A DNA stretch of 64,000 nucleotides from Candidatus Colwellbacteria bacterium (GCA_016176525.1 JACOWZ010000003.1:192001-256000); one strand, 5' to 3'. Positions 1 to 9,259 are shown, counted from the stretch's first letter. Numbers and translations are program-made. The notes: generated by a model not told the origin, from the letters alone.

Positions 1-1
1 A

Positions 2-202
2 GAGTTTCCACTCGGCTCATATGTACTTGCGGACAAAACTTCAATCTTAGCTCACTGCCATAATATGCTTGATGACATGGAACGCTTCGTCAAAGAAGGC
101 CGAAGAAGCAAAGCTTTCCGATGGCTCGGTTTTATCCAAGGATGCTTGTGGAGTACAGATATTTACACTGTTGAGCAAATGGCCAACCAAAACCGCCCAT
201 AG
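2..202 (+). CDS. C-terminal fragment of an unidentified protein, open from the window edge to TAG at 200-202
   Basis: Frame-2 reading frame runs uninterrupted from nt 2 to the stop at 200-202. It is not in the ORF track because it is partial, and I cannot recognise a family. Confidence 0.25.
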   Translation, partial: EFPLGSYVLADKTSILAHCHNMLDDMERFVKEGRRSKAFRWLGFIQGCLWSTDIYTVEQMANQNRP

Positions 203-215
203 GGCGGTTCTTATT
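183..215. terminator. Bidirectional rho-independent terminator between the upstream partial gene and tyrS
   Basis: Stem CCGCCC (193-198), loop ATA, stem GGGCGG (202-207), then TTCTTATTT on the plus strand. On the minus strand the same hairpin is followed by TTTTGGTTGG directly after the tyrS stop. Confidence 0.5.
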
Positions 216-1392
216 TAATAACTTTAATAAAATGCCTTTTGCCGGATTTTAGTATTGACCCACCCTCCTTAACATCAAGACTTTTACGAGGATCTGTAAT
301 TTTTACGCCATCAAGAGTAACACCCCCCTGTTGAACTAATCGAACCGCTTCGCTATTACTACTAACAATGCCTGTATCAGTGAGTACAGCTATAGTTGTA
401 TCTCTGCCCTCTTTAATAACATATTGAGGCATATCACTCGGCAATTCTCTAGTTCTAAAAACTTTATCAAATTCTTTTTCGGCATAAACTGCTTCTTTTT
501 CTCCATAAAAAGTGCGCACAACCCAGTGTGCAGCGCGCGCTTTGGCATCGCGTGGCGGCATTTCTTTTAGTTTTCCAAACTCATCCATCGGCATAAGTGT
601 TGAAAACTCTGCAACGGTAGATATAACCTCATCAGGAAGCGCCATAACCTTGCCAAACATATCGTTCGGCTCATCATCCAAATTAATTAGCCCGCCTTCG
701 CTTTTGTTCATAAGCTTCTTGCCGGTTTTTGGGTTTTCAAGAAGTTTTGTTGTAAGAACAAATTTATTTTTGTTTTTATAAATTCTCATCAAGTCTCGGC
801 CGATCAGCATATTAAATGTTTGGTCCGTACCGCCAATCTCCATATCAACATCCATTGCCACGGAGTCGTAGCCCTGTAAAAGAGGGTACATAAATTCGTG
901 TAAACCAATCGGCTCATTGTTCTTAATGCGCTCTTGAAACATATCGCGCTGAATCATCTGCCGCTCAGTAAAGTTTGAGAGAATGCCAAAAAAATCAGCA
1001 AGTTTCATGTTTTTCCACCATCTAGAGTTGAACTCGACTTTCGCGGCATTTTTGCCAGAAAATTTTATAATCTTAGAAACCTGTTTTTTAAAAGTCTTAA
1101 AATTTTCTTTAACCTCCCTCTCGCTTAATTGTTTGCGAGTTGATAATTTATCGGTGGGGTCTCCGATTCTGCCAGTAAAATCGCCTATTAAGAAAATTAT
1201 CTTGTGGCCCGAATCTTGAAATCTGCTAAGCACAAGCAAGTTTGTCGCATGCCCCAAATGCAAATGCGGGCCAGTCGGGTCAACACCGAGATAAATTTTT
1301 AGTTTTTTGCCGCTTTTAAGTATTTTTTCTAAATCCTCGCGCGAGGGGTAGATCTTATCTATAGAACGGGATAAAACTTCGCTAATATTCAT
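211..1392 (-). CDS. tyrS: Tyrosyl-tRNA synthetase
   Basis: Class I HIGH motif (GPHLHLGH) and a KMSKS-like KLMNKS motif. The C-terminus carries an S4-like domain (AVRLVQQGGVTLDG). Confidence 0.93.
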   Translation of the reverse strand: MNISEVLSRSIDKIYPSREDLEKILKSGKKLKIYLGVDPTGPHLHLGHATNLLVLSRFQDSGHKIIFLIGDFTGRIGDPTDKLSTRKQLSEREVKENFKTFKKQVSKIIKFSGKNAAKVEFNSRWWKNMKLADFFGILSNFTERQMIQRDMFQERIKNNEPIGLHEFMYPLLQGYDSVAMDVDMEIGGTDQTFNMLIGRDLMRIYKNKNKFVLTTKLLENPKTGKKLMNKSEGGLINLDDEPNDMFGKVMALPDEVISTVAEFSTLMPMDEFGKLKEMPPRDAKARAAHWVVRTFYGEKEAVYAEKEFDKVFRTRELPSDMPQYVIKEGRDTTIAVLTDTGIVSSNSEAVRLVQQGGVTLDGVKITDPRKSLDVKEGGSILKSGKRHFIKVIK

Positions 1393-1473
1393 AAATTTAA
1401 TTCTACAATATAATACGCTCGCATAATAGCGAGCGTACTTTCTACTAAACTACTTTCTCTACTACACTACAAA

Positions 1474-2088
1474 CTACTTACTTTTCTTTATTACCTCGTC
1501 GATGACTCCGTATTCTTTTGCTTCCTCCGGTGATAACCAAAAATCTCTGTCTGTATCCTTCTCAATTTTCGCAAGCGGCTGGCCTGTGTGTTTTGATAGT
1601 AATTGATTAATTCTAGCTTTGGTTTTTAGTATGCGCTTTGCGGCAATTTCAACCTCAACAGCCTGCCCCTCGGCGCCACCCATAACTTGGTGCAAAAGAA
1701 TTTCGGAATTAGGCAAAGAAAATCTCTTGCCTTTTTTACCAGATGTCAGTAAAAACGCTCCCATAGAAGCCGCAATGCCAACGCAAACAGTTTCAACATC
1801 CGGTTTTACATATTGCATCGTGTCGTAGATAGCAAGCCCCGCATTTACGGACCCGCCCGGGGAATTAATATAAAGGCGAATGTCGCGCTTTGGATCTTGT
1901 ATTTCCAAAAAAAGCATTTGGGCAATAACAGTGTTGGCAACCGCATCATTTATAGGCCCGCCTACAAAGATTATTCTATCTTTTAAAAGGCGTGAATAAA
2001 TATCGTATGCCCTCTCGCCATAAGTGGACTTCTCAATAACAGTCGGAACTAAATAATTGTTGTATAACTCTTTATTGTTTTTTGCCAT
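1474..2088 (-). CDS. clpP: ATP-dependent Clp protease proteolytic subunit
   Basis: Ser-His-Asp catalytic triad contexts are present ([22 protein letters not shown]). Length is 204 aa. Confidence 0.93.
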   Translation of the reverse strand: MAKNNKELYNNYLVPTVIEKSTYGERAYDIYSRLLKDRIIFVGGPINDAVANTVIAQMLFLEIQDPKRDIRLYINSPGGSVNAGLAIYDTMQYVKPDVETVCVGIAASMGAFLLTSGKKGKRFSLPNSEILLHQVMGGAEGQAVEVEIAAKRILKTKARINQLLSKHTGQPLAKIEKDTDRDFWLSPEEAKEYGVIDEVIKKSK

Positions 2089-2554
2089 TTTCTATTGCTT
2101 TTTTAACTTGCGCTTCGGCTTCTTTTGCGCCCTCCCAACCTTTTGTCTCAACATGTTTACCTGGTTCAAGCGCCTTTACAGTTCGATAGAATTCTTCTAT
2201 CTCATTTTTCAGCGCTTCGGGAATATCTTTAAGATCAGTCCAAGATTTAAAATAAGGGTCTTTTGCTGGTACACCAACAATCTTTTCATCATTATCGCCA
2301 GTGTCAACCATATTGAAAAGCGCTATTGGCTTTACCTCCACGACACATCCAGGAAAAACTGGGAAACGGCTGATAATTAGAACGTCTAATGGATCACCGT
2401 CGTCGGAAAGAGTGTTTTCAATATAGCCATAGTCAGCGGGGAAAGCGACGGAACTATGAAGTACGCGGTTTAATTTAATCCGCCCCGTCTCCTTATCTAA
2501 TTCATATTTATTTCTTGAGCCCTTTGGGATCTCAACAATTACATCTATTGTCAT
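2072..2554 (-). CDS. ppa: Inorganic pyrophosphatase
   Basis: Family I PPase motifs are present ([23 protein letters not shown]). The start is moved to the internal Met (codon CAT at 2552-2554 on the plus strand), which avoids overlapping clpP and sits 2 nt after the nusA stop. Confidence 0.85.
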   Translation of the reverse strand: MTIDVIVEIPKGSRNKYELDKETGRIKLNRVLHSSVAFPADYGYIENTLSDDGDPLDVLIISRFPVFPGCVVEVKPIALFNMVDTGDNDEKIVGVPAKDPYFKSWTDLKDIPEALKNEIEEFYRTVKALEPGKHVETKGWEGAKEAEAQVKKAIENGKKQ

Positions 2555-2555
2555 T

Positions 2556-3800
2556 TTATTCGTCTTCGTCTTCTCTCTTTTTAAGATAAACTGGTTTGTC
2601 GGTTTCTTCAATACTCTTAGCTTCTTTATTAGCCGTGCCCGCTATTCCACCTTCCGCCTGCTCTTCTGGCCTAGACTGCGATCGAACGTCTATTCTCCAG
2701 CCGGTAAGCTTTGCAGCCAAACGCACGTTTTGCCCGCCCTTGCCGATAGCTAGCGAAAGTTCGTTGTCCGGCACAAGCACAAGAACATCGCGCGGGCCCT
2801 TAATTTCTACGCTCTGGGCCTTTGCGGGAGAAAGCGCATTCGCAATAAATTTTGCTGGGTCTTCAGACCATTCCACAATATCCAGTTTTTCTGCGCCAAG
2901 TTCGTTTGTAACAGCCATAACACGGGTACCGCGCTGGCCAACACACGAGCCAACCGGATCTATACTCTCGTTGGACGAATACACGGCAATTTTTGCGCGG
3001 CTACCAGGTTCACGCGTAATTGATTTTATCTCAACAACCTTATCAGTAATTTCGGGTACTTCTATTTCAAAAAGCTTAGAAACAAACTTAGGGTGCGCAC
3101 GAGACAGCACTATACTTGGCACCTTTAAATCAGTTGCAACAGACATAACATAAAATCTTAGCCTTTCGCCAATTTTGTAGTGTTCTCCGGGTATTGTTTC
3201 GCTGTATGGCATTATCCCAGTGGTTCTGCCTAAGTCTATAAATACTGCGCCTCTTTCAAACCTCTGCACAGCGCCGCTTACAACACTGCCTTCTTTATCT
3301 TTAAATTCTTGGATTATGGAGTTGCGCTCAACTTCTCTTAATTTTTGAGTAATAACCTGCTTTGCAGTTTGCGCCGCAATGCGGCCAAAATCTGTTTTTT
3401 GGGGCAAGGGTAATTCAAGTTCACTCCCCACCTCAGGCTTTACTTTAAGCTTATGCTCTTTTATTAGCTCTTCTGCTTCTTCCGGAAAAGTATGTCTCTC
3501 TGGATTATAGCGCGGGAGCTTACCCTCTTCGGACTCAGTTTCTACCGCAGGGATTTCTTCTTCTCCCTCAACCGGCATTCGCACACCATCTTTCGCGACT
3601 ACTTCTTTAACTTGGTAAAACTTTACGATACCTGAAGAAGTATCTAACTTTGCACGCACAAATACGCCGCGGCCTAAATATTCTTTTTTGTAAGCGGCGG
3701 CAAGAGAGTCTTCAATTGCATGCAAAACATCTTCGGAATTTATGCCCTTTTCCTCTGCTATTTGGTTGATTGCAGGAATAATATTTTTTAGATCTAACAT
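2556..3800 (-). CDS. nusA: Transcription termination/antitermination factor NusA with an acidic C-terminal extension
   Basis: N-terminal NusA domain followed by S1 and KH regions (SRAHPKFVSKLFEIEVPEI). Confidence 0.9.
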   Translation of the reverse strand: MLDLKNIIPAINQIAEEKGINSEDVLHAIEDSLAAAYKKEYLGRGVFVRAKLDTSSGIVKFYQVKEVVAKDGVRMPVEGEEEIPAVETESEEGKLPRYNPERHTFPEEAEELIKEHKLKVKPEVGSELELPLPQKTDFGRIAAQTAKQVITQKLREVERNSIIQEFKDKEGSVVSGAVQRFERGAVFIDLGRTTGIMPYSETIPGEHYKIGERLRFYVMSVATDLKVPSIVLSRAHPKFVSKLFEIEVPEITDKVVEIKSITREPGSRAKIAVYSSNESIDPVGSCVGQRGTRVMAVTNELGAEKLDIVEWSEDPAKFIANALSPAKAQSVEIKGPRDVLVLVPDNELSLAIGKGGQNVRLAAKLTGWRIDVRSQSRPEEQAEGGIAGTANKEAKSIEETDKPVYLKKREDEDE

Positions 3801-3813
3801 ATTAATTATTTAA

Positions 3814-3838
3814 ACGCCCGCCTCTTTGGGCGGGGGTC
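3814..3838 (-). terminator. GC hairpin downstream of the 3888-4979 gene
   Basis: Stem CCCGCC, loop TCTTTG, stem GGCGGG. The downstream tract on the minus strand is only weakly T-rich (GTTTAAATAATT). Confidence 0.3.
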
Positions 3839-3887
3839 TATCATTACGGTGATATTAGCAAAAATATTTGCCCTAGTCAAATTCAGA

Positions 3888-4979
3888 TTACCACCCCAAC
3901 AGTCTAAAGGCTTCTTTTATGCCGTTGAACGATGTGCTAACAACCGCGTAGAGCTTACTATCGTGCAAAGCAAGCGCCACATTGAAAGACGCGCCAGTAA
4001 GCGAGTATGGCAGGTATTCTACTGATTGTATACTTGCAGAAAACTTTGAACCCTCTTTAAATACACCACTTGGGTTGCCGGGGTCGGACGTGTAGAAAAG
4101 AGTTGGTGTTGATTTTAATAGAGTAATTGCGGGGGCGGTAGCGTCCACATTTGCGCCAGTTAGCCCGAATACATAGCCCGGCCACAAGCCGTTTGCATCT
4201 TTATATACAAAACCCGTAAAGTCTTCTACAAACAGGTTTCTTGTTTCTTCTGTAAGTGTTCCAAACAAAGCTTCTAAAAGTGCAAATGAATTTACCGTAG
4301 CGCCTTCAAATTGAAAACCAATTTCTTTTGTTGCGGGGGCGGCAGTTTCCTCACCTATAGAAGTACTAATTGCTGATGCAACTTCACTGGGAGTTAGAGC
4401 GGTCAAACTAAGATTTACGCTTTCAACTGCGCCTGCGGTAAACAAGCTTTGGTGCATAAATGCAGGTGGGGGTGGAGGCTCTGGTTCTGCAACTGGTGGC
4501 GGGGGCATGACCTCGGCTGGAGGAGGAACTGGTTCAACTGGTTCACCTTGCCCACCGAACATAGGCAAAACTAAAAAGTAAACTGCAACTCCACCCAAAA
4601 CCACAAATGCGGTTATTCCAATAATTATAATTATTAAGTTGGGGTGTTTCTTCTTAACTATTTCTTCAACAATAGGTTTTTGTTCTGTAGAAAAAGTGCT
4701 TTTGGGCTCAAAAATTGGTTCTTTGCTTAAAATATCCTTTGGCCTAAATAATTTAGGCTTAGCTTCTGCACCACCTGATTGGCTTAAAGATTCAGCATCT
4801 CCGGACATAGTGCGCACACCAACTTCAGACTCTAAAGATGGAGGCGGGGGTGGAGAAGGTGGAGTTGACTCCGCAGGCTGTGGACCAAAAGGCTCTGCTT
4901 TTTTGGACCAAGGGCTTGTTCTTGGTTCATTTACAGGTAAATCGGAGAGATTAGGATCCTGACGCTTGTCGTCTGGCAT
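3888..4979 (-). CDS. Hypothetical single-pass membrane protein with two proline-rich tracts
   Basis: N-terminal Pro-rich tract (PPSPPPPPS), then a TM helix (IIIIIGITAFVVLGGVAVYFLVL), then PVEPVPPPAEVMPPPPVAEPEPPPPPA, then a ~250-aa Ala/Thr/Ser-rich domain. No recognisable family. Confidence 0.5.
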   Translation of the reverse strand: MPDDKRQDPNLSDLPVNEPRTSPWSKKAEPFGPQPAESTPPSPPPPPSLESEVGVRTMSGDAESLSQSGGAEAKPKLFRPKDILSKEPIFEPKSTFSTEQKPIVEEIVKKKHPNLIIIIIGITAFVVLGGVAVYFLVLPMFGGQGEPVEPVPPPAEVMPPPPVAEPEPPPPPAFMHQSLFTAGAVESVNLSLTALTPSEVASAISTSIGEETAAPATKEIGFQFEGATVNSFALLEALFGTLTEETRNLFVEDFTGFVYKDANGLWPGYVFGLTGANVDATAPAITLLKSTPTLFYTSDPGNPSGVFKEGSKFSASIQSVEYLPYSLTGASFNVALALHDSKLYAVVSTSFNGIKEAFRLLGW

Positions 4980-4980
4980 A

Positions 4981-4997
4981 TGCTATTAATAATAGCA
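4981..4997. promoter_or_regulatory. Perfect 17-nt palindrome immediately upstream of the 3888-4979 start codon
   Basis: TGCTATTAATAATAGCA reads identically on both strands and abuts the start codon at 4979. Confidence 0.25.
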
Positions 4998-5045
4998 TAG
5001 AGAAGTTTATCTATACTGTGAATTACTGAATTCCGTGATAAGAAT

Positions 5046-7151
5046 TCAGCGTTTTGCCTGTTTGAGAGACAAGCCTACTTTACCGTTTTCAACGCGCACA
5101 ACTTTGGCTGTAACCTCATCGCCAACCTTAACCACATCGTGAACACTTTTAACAAAGCCGTCTTTTAGCTCAGAGACATGAATCATTCCATCTTTGCCGC
5201 CTCCTAAGTCAACTATTGCGCCAAATTCAAGAATTTTTATAACTTTTCCGGTAATAATTTCTCCTACTTCAAGTTCTTTTAGAATGCTTTCAATCTCCGC
5301 AACTGCACGCTCTGCAGCTTCCACTGAATCTCCGGAGACAAAAACCGTGCCATCATCTTCAATATCAATTGCGGTTGCTCCGGTACTTTCAATAATTCCG
5401 TTTATAATCTTGCCGCCGCTGCCTATAACTTCTCCTATGCGGGCGGGGTCAATCTTAAGGCGCAACACACGGGGCGCATAAGGCGATAACTCTGCACGCG
5501 GTTTACTGATGCATTTATTCATAACACCTAATATCTTTGTGCGGGCTGCCTCAGCAGAGGCAAGCGCATCTTTAATTATTTGCAGGGTTAAACCACCAAA
5601 CTTAACATCCATCTGAACTGCATTTATGCCGTCTTTCGTGCCGGCCACCTTAAAATCCATGTCTCCGTAGTGGTCTTCCGGGCCTTGAATATCGGTTAAA
5701 ATTTTATACCGCGGTTTATCGGTAGAGAGTGTTTTTTCGTCTACTACAAGACCTATTGCAATTCCTGCAACTGCATTTTTTATAGGAACGCCTGCATCCA
5801 TTAAACTTAAGGACGTCGCGCATGTTGTTGCCATAGATGAAGACCCGTTTGAAGATAAAATCTCCGAAACAACTCTTATAGTGTATGGGAATGCATCTTT
5901 GTCTGGTAAAACTGGCAATATTGCTTTTTCTGCCAATGCGCCGTGCCCTATGTCACGCCTACCTGGGCCTCTAAAGGACCCGGTTTCGCCAACCGAATAT
6001 TTAGGAAAATTATAGTGCAATAAAAATTTACGCTTTCTTTGCTCTTCCATTGTTTCAATAATTTGCTCTGCCCCAGGTGGGCCGATGGTGGTAACGGCAA
6101 GCGCTTGCGTATTGCCTCTAATAAATAATGCAGACCCATGGGTTCTGGGCAATAAACCGACTTCGGAATGCAAATCTCTTACTTCATCTAATGCCCTGCC
6201 ATCTGGCCTTTTATTATTATCTAAAACTCCACTGTGGAGCACATCATTAAGTTTAGATTCATATATATGGCCGGCCTGCGTTACATCTAGCTTAAGTTCT
6301 TTAATATAGGCAATTAAATCATCTTTGAGTCTGTATATGGCAGCTTTTTCTTTATTGAAAAAAGCTTTATCAAGTTTATCCTTTAAAAACTTATCCACTT
6401 CTGCAATAAGAGCGGCATCAAATTCCTGCTTGCCTAGCTCTGCTTTTGTTTTGCCGTCTTTAGCAAACTTTTGCTGAAACTCTATAAGCTTTTCGCATTC
6501 TTTAAGAGCGGCTTCATAAGCTTTAAGCACGTTAACGTCCTCGGCATTATCACCGGCAAGCTCAATCATATTAATTCTCTTCTTTGGCCCAGATACAAAG
6601 CTGTCAAACTCAAGCTTATCGGAATTCTCTGTGATATAACTATTTTTTGGATTTATTACAGGTTCGCCGGTTCTCGTTTTTGCAACTCGTACACCCGCGA
6701 CCGGGCCATTCCATGGAATATCAGAAAGAGTAAGTGCTGCCGATGTGGATAAGAGTGCTATAAAATCTGGGTCGTTCTCGCCATCGTAAGACAAAACAGT
6801 TACGACAATTTGAATACTGCGCCTTATTCTATCGTCAAACAAAGGCCTTATTGTCCTGTCTATCAGGCGGCCAGACAATATTGCCGCATCCGACGGCTTA
6901 CCTTCTCTTCTTACAAATCTGCTGCCCAAAATTTTGCCGGCTGCGTAAAATTTTTCCTCAAAATCAACCGAGAGCGGCATAAAATCAATGCCATCTCTGT
7001 CGTGCTTATCCATAACAGCAGTAACAAGCACAGCAGTTTGGCCATACGTTCCCAAAACCGCAGCGTTTGCCTGACCGGCAAGATTAGATACCTCTAATTT
7101 AACCTCCTCTCCTGCAATAGTTGTTTTATATACTTTTCTATTTAAATCCAT
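5046..7151 (-). CDS. pnp: Polynucleotide phosphorylase
   Basis: Two RNase PH-like domains, then KH and S1 domains at the C-terminus (GKVIKILEFGAIVDLGGGKDGMIHVSEL). Length is 701 aa. Confidence 0.93.
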   Translation of the reverse strand: MDLNRKVYKTTIAGEEVKLEVSNLAGQANAAVLGTYGQTAVLVTAVMDKHDRDGIDFMPLSVDFEEKFYAAGKILGSRFVRREGKPSDAAILSGRLIDRTIRPLFDDRIRRSIQIVVTVLSYDGENDPDFIALLSTSAALTLSDIPWNGPVAGVRVAKTRTGEPVINPKNSYITENSDKLEFDSFVSGPKKRINMIELAGDNAEDVNVLKAYEAALKECEKLIEFQQKFAKDGKTKAELGKQEFDAALIAEVDKFLKDKLDKAFFNKEKAAIYRLKDDLIAYIKELKLDVTQAGHIYESKLNDVLHSGVLDNNKRPDGRALDEVRDLHSEVGLLPRTHGSALFIRGNTQALAVTTIGPPGAEQIIETMEEQRKRKFLLHYNFPKYSVGETGSFRGPGRRDIGHGALAEKAILPVLPDKDAFPYTIRVVSEILSSNGSSSMATTCATSLSLMDAGVPIKNAVAGIAIGLVVDEKTLSTDKPRYKILTDIQGPEDHYGDMDFKVAGTKDGINAVQMDVKFGGLTLQIIKDALASAEAARTKILGVMNKCISKPRAELSPYAPRVLRLKIDPARIGEVIGSGGKIINGIIESTGATAIDIEDDGTVFVSGDSVEAAERAVAEIESILKELEVGEIITGKVIKILEFGAIVDLGGGKDGMIHVSELKDGFVKSVHDVVKVGDEVTAKVVRVENGKVGLSLKQAKR

Positions 7152-7681
7152 TATTTTGCTCTTGATTTCTTTAAAGACTTAAAGACCATTTTGGGGGTTG
7201 TATCCAAATCTATAAACCTGTCTGCCATTTCTTTTAACCTGCCAGATGTAGTTCTGCCGAATGCCGCAACTTCCACCCCGCGGCCCAAGCCCCATTTTAA
7301 ATATTCAACAAGCGGCACAAAGTCTCCATCGCCGGTAACAAGCACAACAATGTCCACCATGCCGCTCATTCTAATTGCATCTACTGCCATACCTACATCC
7401 CAATCTGCCTTTTTCGCGCCGCTATGGAAAATCTGAATATCTTTGCTGCGCACTTCAATGCCAGACTTTTGCAACGCCTCAAAAAAACTCTCTTCGCCAG
7501 TTTCCGGAGTGCTTTTAACCACGTACCCGACGGCACGCACAAGTTTGCGCTCGCCTGTTAAGGTTTTTATAAGTTCGGCAAAGTTTACTCGCCCGCCATA
7601 TAGATTTTTTGCGGAGTGGTAAAGATTCTGCACGTCTATAAAAATCCCTATCGTCTGCTCTTTATTTGGGATTATTGGCAT
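7151..7681 (-). CDS. NYN-domain (LabA/PIN-like) predicted ribonuclease
   Basis: NYN/LabA-like motifs are present (IGIFIDVQNLYHS and VLVTGDGDFVPLV). Its start overlaps the rpsO stop and its stop overlaps the pnp start. Confidence 0.75.
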   Translation of the reverse strand: MPIIPNKEQTIGIFIDVQNLYHSAKNLYGGRVNFAELIKTLTGERKLVRAVGYVVKSTPETGEESFFEALQKSGIEVRSKDIQIFHSGAKKADWDVGMAVDAIRMSGMVDIVVLVTGDGDFVPLVEYLKWGLGRGVEVAAFGRTTSGRLKEMADRFIDLDTTPKMVFKSLKKSRAK

Positions 7682-7947
7682 TACTTCTTAAGCCCCAAGC
7701 GCTTAACCAAATTGGAGTGGGCTTTTGGGGAATTCGTAGATAGATATTTTAGGAGCTTTCTCCTTTGGCTAACCATCTTAACAAGCCCTCTGCGCGAGTG
7801 CTTGTCTTTAGAATGGGCCTTAAGGTGGTCAGCAAGCTCATCAATCCTTTTACTTAAAAGACTAACCTGAACGCTCGCCGAACCGGTGTCTTTTTCGTGC
7901 GCCTGACTTTCTTTTATTACAATTTTCTTTTTCTTAGTAGTTAACAT
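7681..7947 (-). CDS. rpsO: 30S ribosomal protein S15
   Basis: S15 signatures HEKDTGS and DKHSRRGL. Length is 88 aa. Confidence 0.9.
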   Translation of the reverse strand: MLTTKKKKIVIKESQAHEKDTGSASVQVSLLSKRIDELADHLKAHSKDKHSRRGLVKMVSQRRKLLKYLSTNSPKAHSNLVKRLGLKK

Positions 7948-8052
7948 AGTTTGTCTATTCTATCTGAAAATCGCTTTTTTGTCTAATCCCACACGTGTAC
8001 GTATTGGAACAATATTTATTATGCGACGCGAACCGTGGTAAAATACTAAAAA

Positions 8053-8946
8053 ATGGAAATAAATAAATTTGTAAAAGAATACTTAGATTATCTAACTATA
8101 GAGAAAAACCGTTCACCAAAGACGCGCACTAATTACGAAAGATATTTAAAAAAGTTTATTGAATCAGAAAATATAAAAACAGTGGGTGATATAACCGAAA
8201 AATCTGTGCGCAACTTTAGGTTAAAGCTCGCAAACGCGGAACCAGAGATTAAAAAAATAACACAGAGCTATTACGTAATAGTGATACGCAGCTTCTTAAA
8301 ATACTTGGCGAAAGTTGGTGCAAAGGCAGTGCCAGCAGAGCGCGTGGAACTCCCCAAAATACCGGAACGCGAAATACAAATTATTGACTATAAAGATTTA
8401 GAACGCCTACTTGCCGCACCAAAAGGCAATTCTTTGCGCGCTCTGCGCGATAAAGCAATATTAGAAGTGCTTTTTTCCACGGGCTTGCGCGTAGCCGAAC
8501 TCTGCAACCTGAATAGAAACCTTAATTTTGACCGAGGCGAGATAACAATACGCGGCAAAGGCTCGCGCCTGCGTATTGTGTTTATCTCAGACTCTGCAAA
8601 GAAAGCCATAAAGGTTTATCTAGAAAGTCGCACAGACCCGGAAGAAGCGTTATTTGTAAGCATCGCAAAAGGAAAAAGAGAAAACATAATCGGGCGCATA
8701 ACCTCGCGTAGCGTGGAGCGAATAGTGGAGCACTACACATCGGCGGCGGGTATTCCGCGCCGCGTAACTCCGCATACTCTGCGCCACCAATTTGGCACAG
8801 ACTTACTCGTAAACGGCGCGGACTTGCGCTCTGTGCAAGAACTTTTGGGACACAAAAATATTGCTACAACGCAAATTTACACACACCTAACTAATAAAGA
8901 ACTTAAAGAAGTACACAGGGCGTTTCATGCTCGCAGGCGAAAATAA
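8053..8946 (+). CDS. xerD: Tyrosine site-specific recombinase, XerC/XerD-like
   Basis: C-terminal catalytic region carries RHQFGT, LLGH and a Y in IYTH. The N-terminus has the SAM-like core-binding domain. Confidence 0.85.
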   Translation: MEINKFVKEYLDYLTIEKNRSPKTRTNYERYLKKFIESENIKTVGDITEKSVRNFRLKLANAEPEIKKITQSYYVIVIRSFLKYLAKVGAKAVPAERVELPKIPEREIQIIDYKDLERLLAAPKGNSLRALRDKAILEVLFSTGLRVAELCNLNRNLNFDRGEITIRGKGSRLRIVFISDSAKKAIKVYLESRTDPEEALFVSIAKGKRENIIGRITSRSVERIVEHYTSAAGIPRRVTPHTLRHQFGTDLLVNGADLRSVQELLGHKNIATTQIYTHLTNKELKEVHRAFHARRRK

Positions 8947-8966
8947 TTTTGTGGGCGGGAGAGGAC
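8947..8966. repeat. Direct repeat copy 1, identical to the 3' end of tRNA-Leu
   Basis: TTTTGTGGGCGGGAGAGGAC at 8947-8966 is identical to 9114-9133. It begins immediately after the xerD stop codon. Confidence 0.7.
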
Positions 8967-9077
8967 ATTTCACCATCGCCCCGCGATGCGGGGCTCTTTC
9001 AAAACCCTCGGTTTTGAATAATTTCCTACACGGGAAACTCCCGTTTCCCGACCCCTTCCCCGGTTCAAGTCCCCTTC

Positions 9078-9117
9078 AAACATAATCACTCGACAAAAGC
9101 CGAGTGATTATGTTTTT
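9078..9117. terminator. Perfect 15-bp hairpin terminator between xerD and tRNA-Leu
   Basis: AAACATAATCACTCG, loop ACAAAAGC, CGAGTGATTATGTTT, followed by TT(G)TG. On the minus strand it sits right after the tRNA-Leu 3' end. Confidence 0.5.
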
Positions 9118-9118
9118 G

Positions 9119-9199
9119 TGGGCGGGAGAGGACTTGAACCTCCATGCCTTGCGGCGGCAGCTCCTAAAGCTGCTGCGTCTGCCATTTCGCCACCCGCCC
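9119..9199 (-). tRNA. tRNA-Leu, anticodon TAG, type II with a long variable arm
   Basis: The reverse complement gives GGGCGGGTGGCGAAATGGCAGACGCAGCAGCTTTAGGAGCTGC...GGTTCAAGTCCTCTCCCGCCCA. It has a 7-bp acceptor stem, anticodon loop TTTAGGA and a TPsiC loop TTCAAGT. Confidence 0.85.
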
Positions 9200-9259
9200 A
9201 ACGAACAAAGCCCTTACATATTTATAAGGGCTTTGCCAAAAATTTCAACTATTTTTTAC

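Noticed and set aside
512-1219. Plus-strand ORFs 512-781 and 983-1219, and similar antisense ORFs inside nusA, pnp, gyrA, ftsH, the VirD4-like gene and the VirB6-like gene (for example 2596-3153, 5194-5481, 12612-12872, 16034-16822, 19495-19941, 44332-44883)
   Set aside because: They lie entirely within and antisense to well-supported conserved genes and have low-complexity composition, so they are shadow ORFs.
1393-1473. T-box riboswitch leader upstream of tyrS
   Set aside because: The intergenic space is only 81 bp, far too short for a T-box (about 250 nt or more). Only a short hairpin and ACTAC repeats are present.
8053-8946. A full prophage or integrative element next to the recombinase
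   Set aside because: No phage structural, replication or excisionase genes flank it. The neighbours are rpsO-pnp and a tRNA with pilin genes. Only the att-like repeat is retained as a finding.
9040-9075. Possible plus-strand tRNA suggested by GGTTCAAGTCC
   Set aside because: Only a TPsiC-loop-like motif is present. No acceptor, D or anticodon stems can be drawn.
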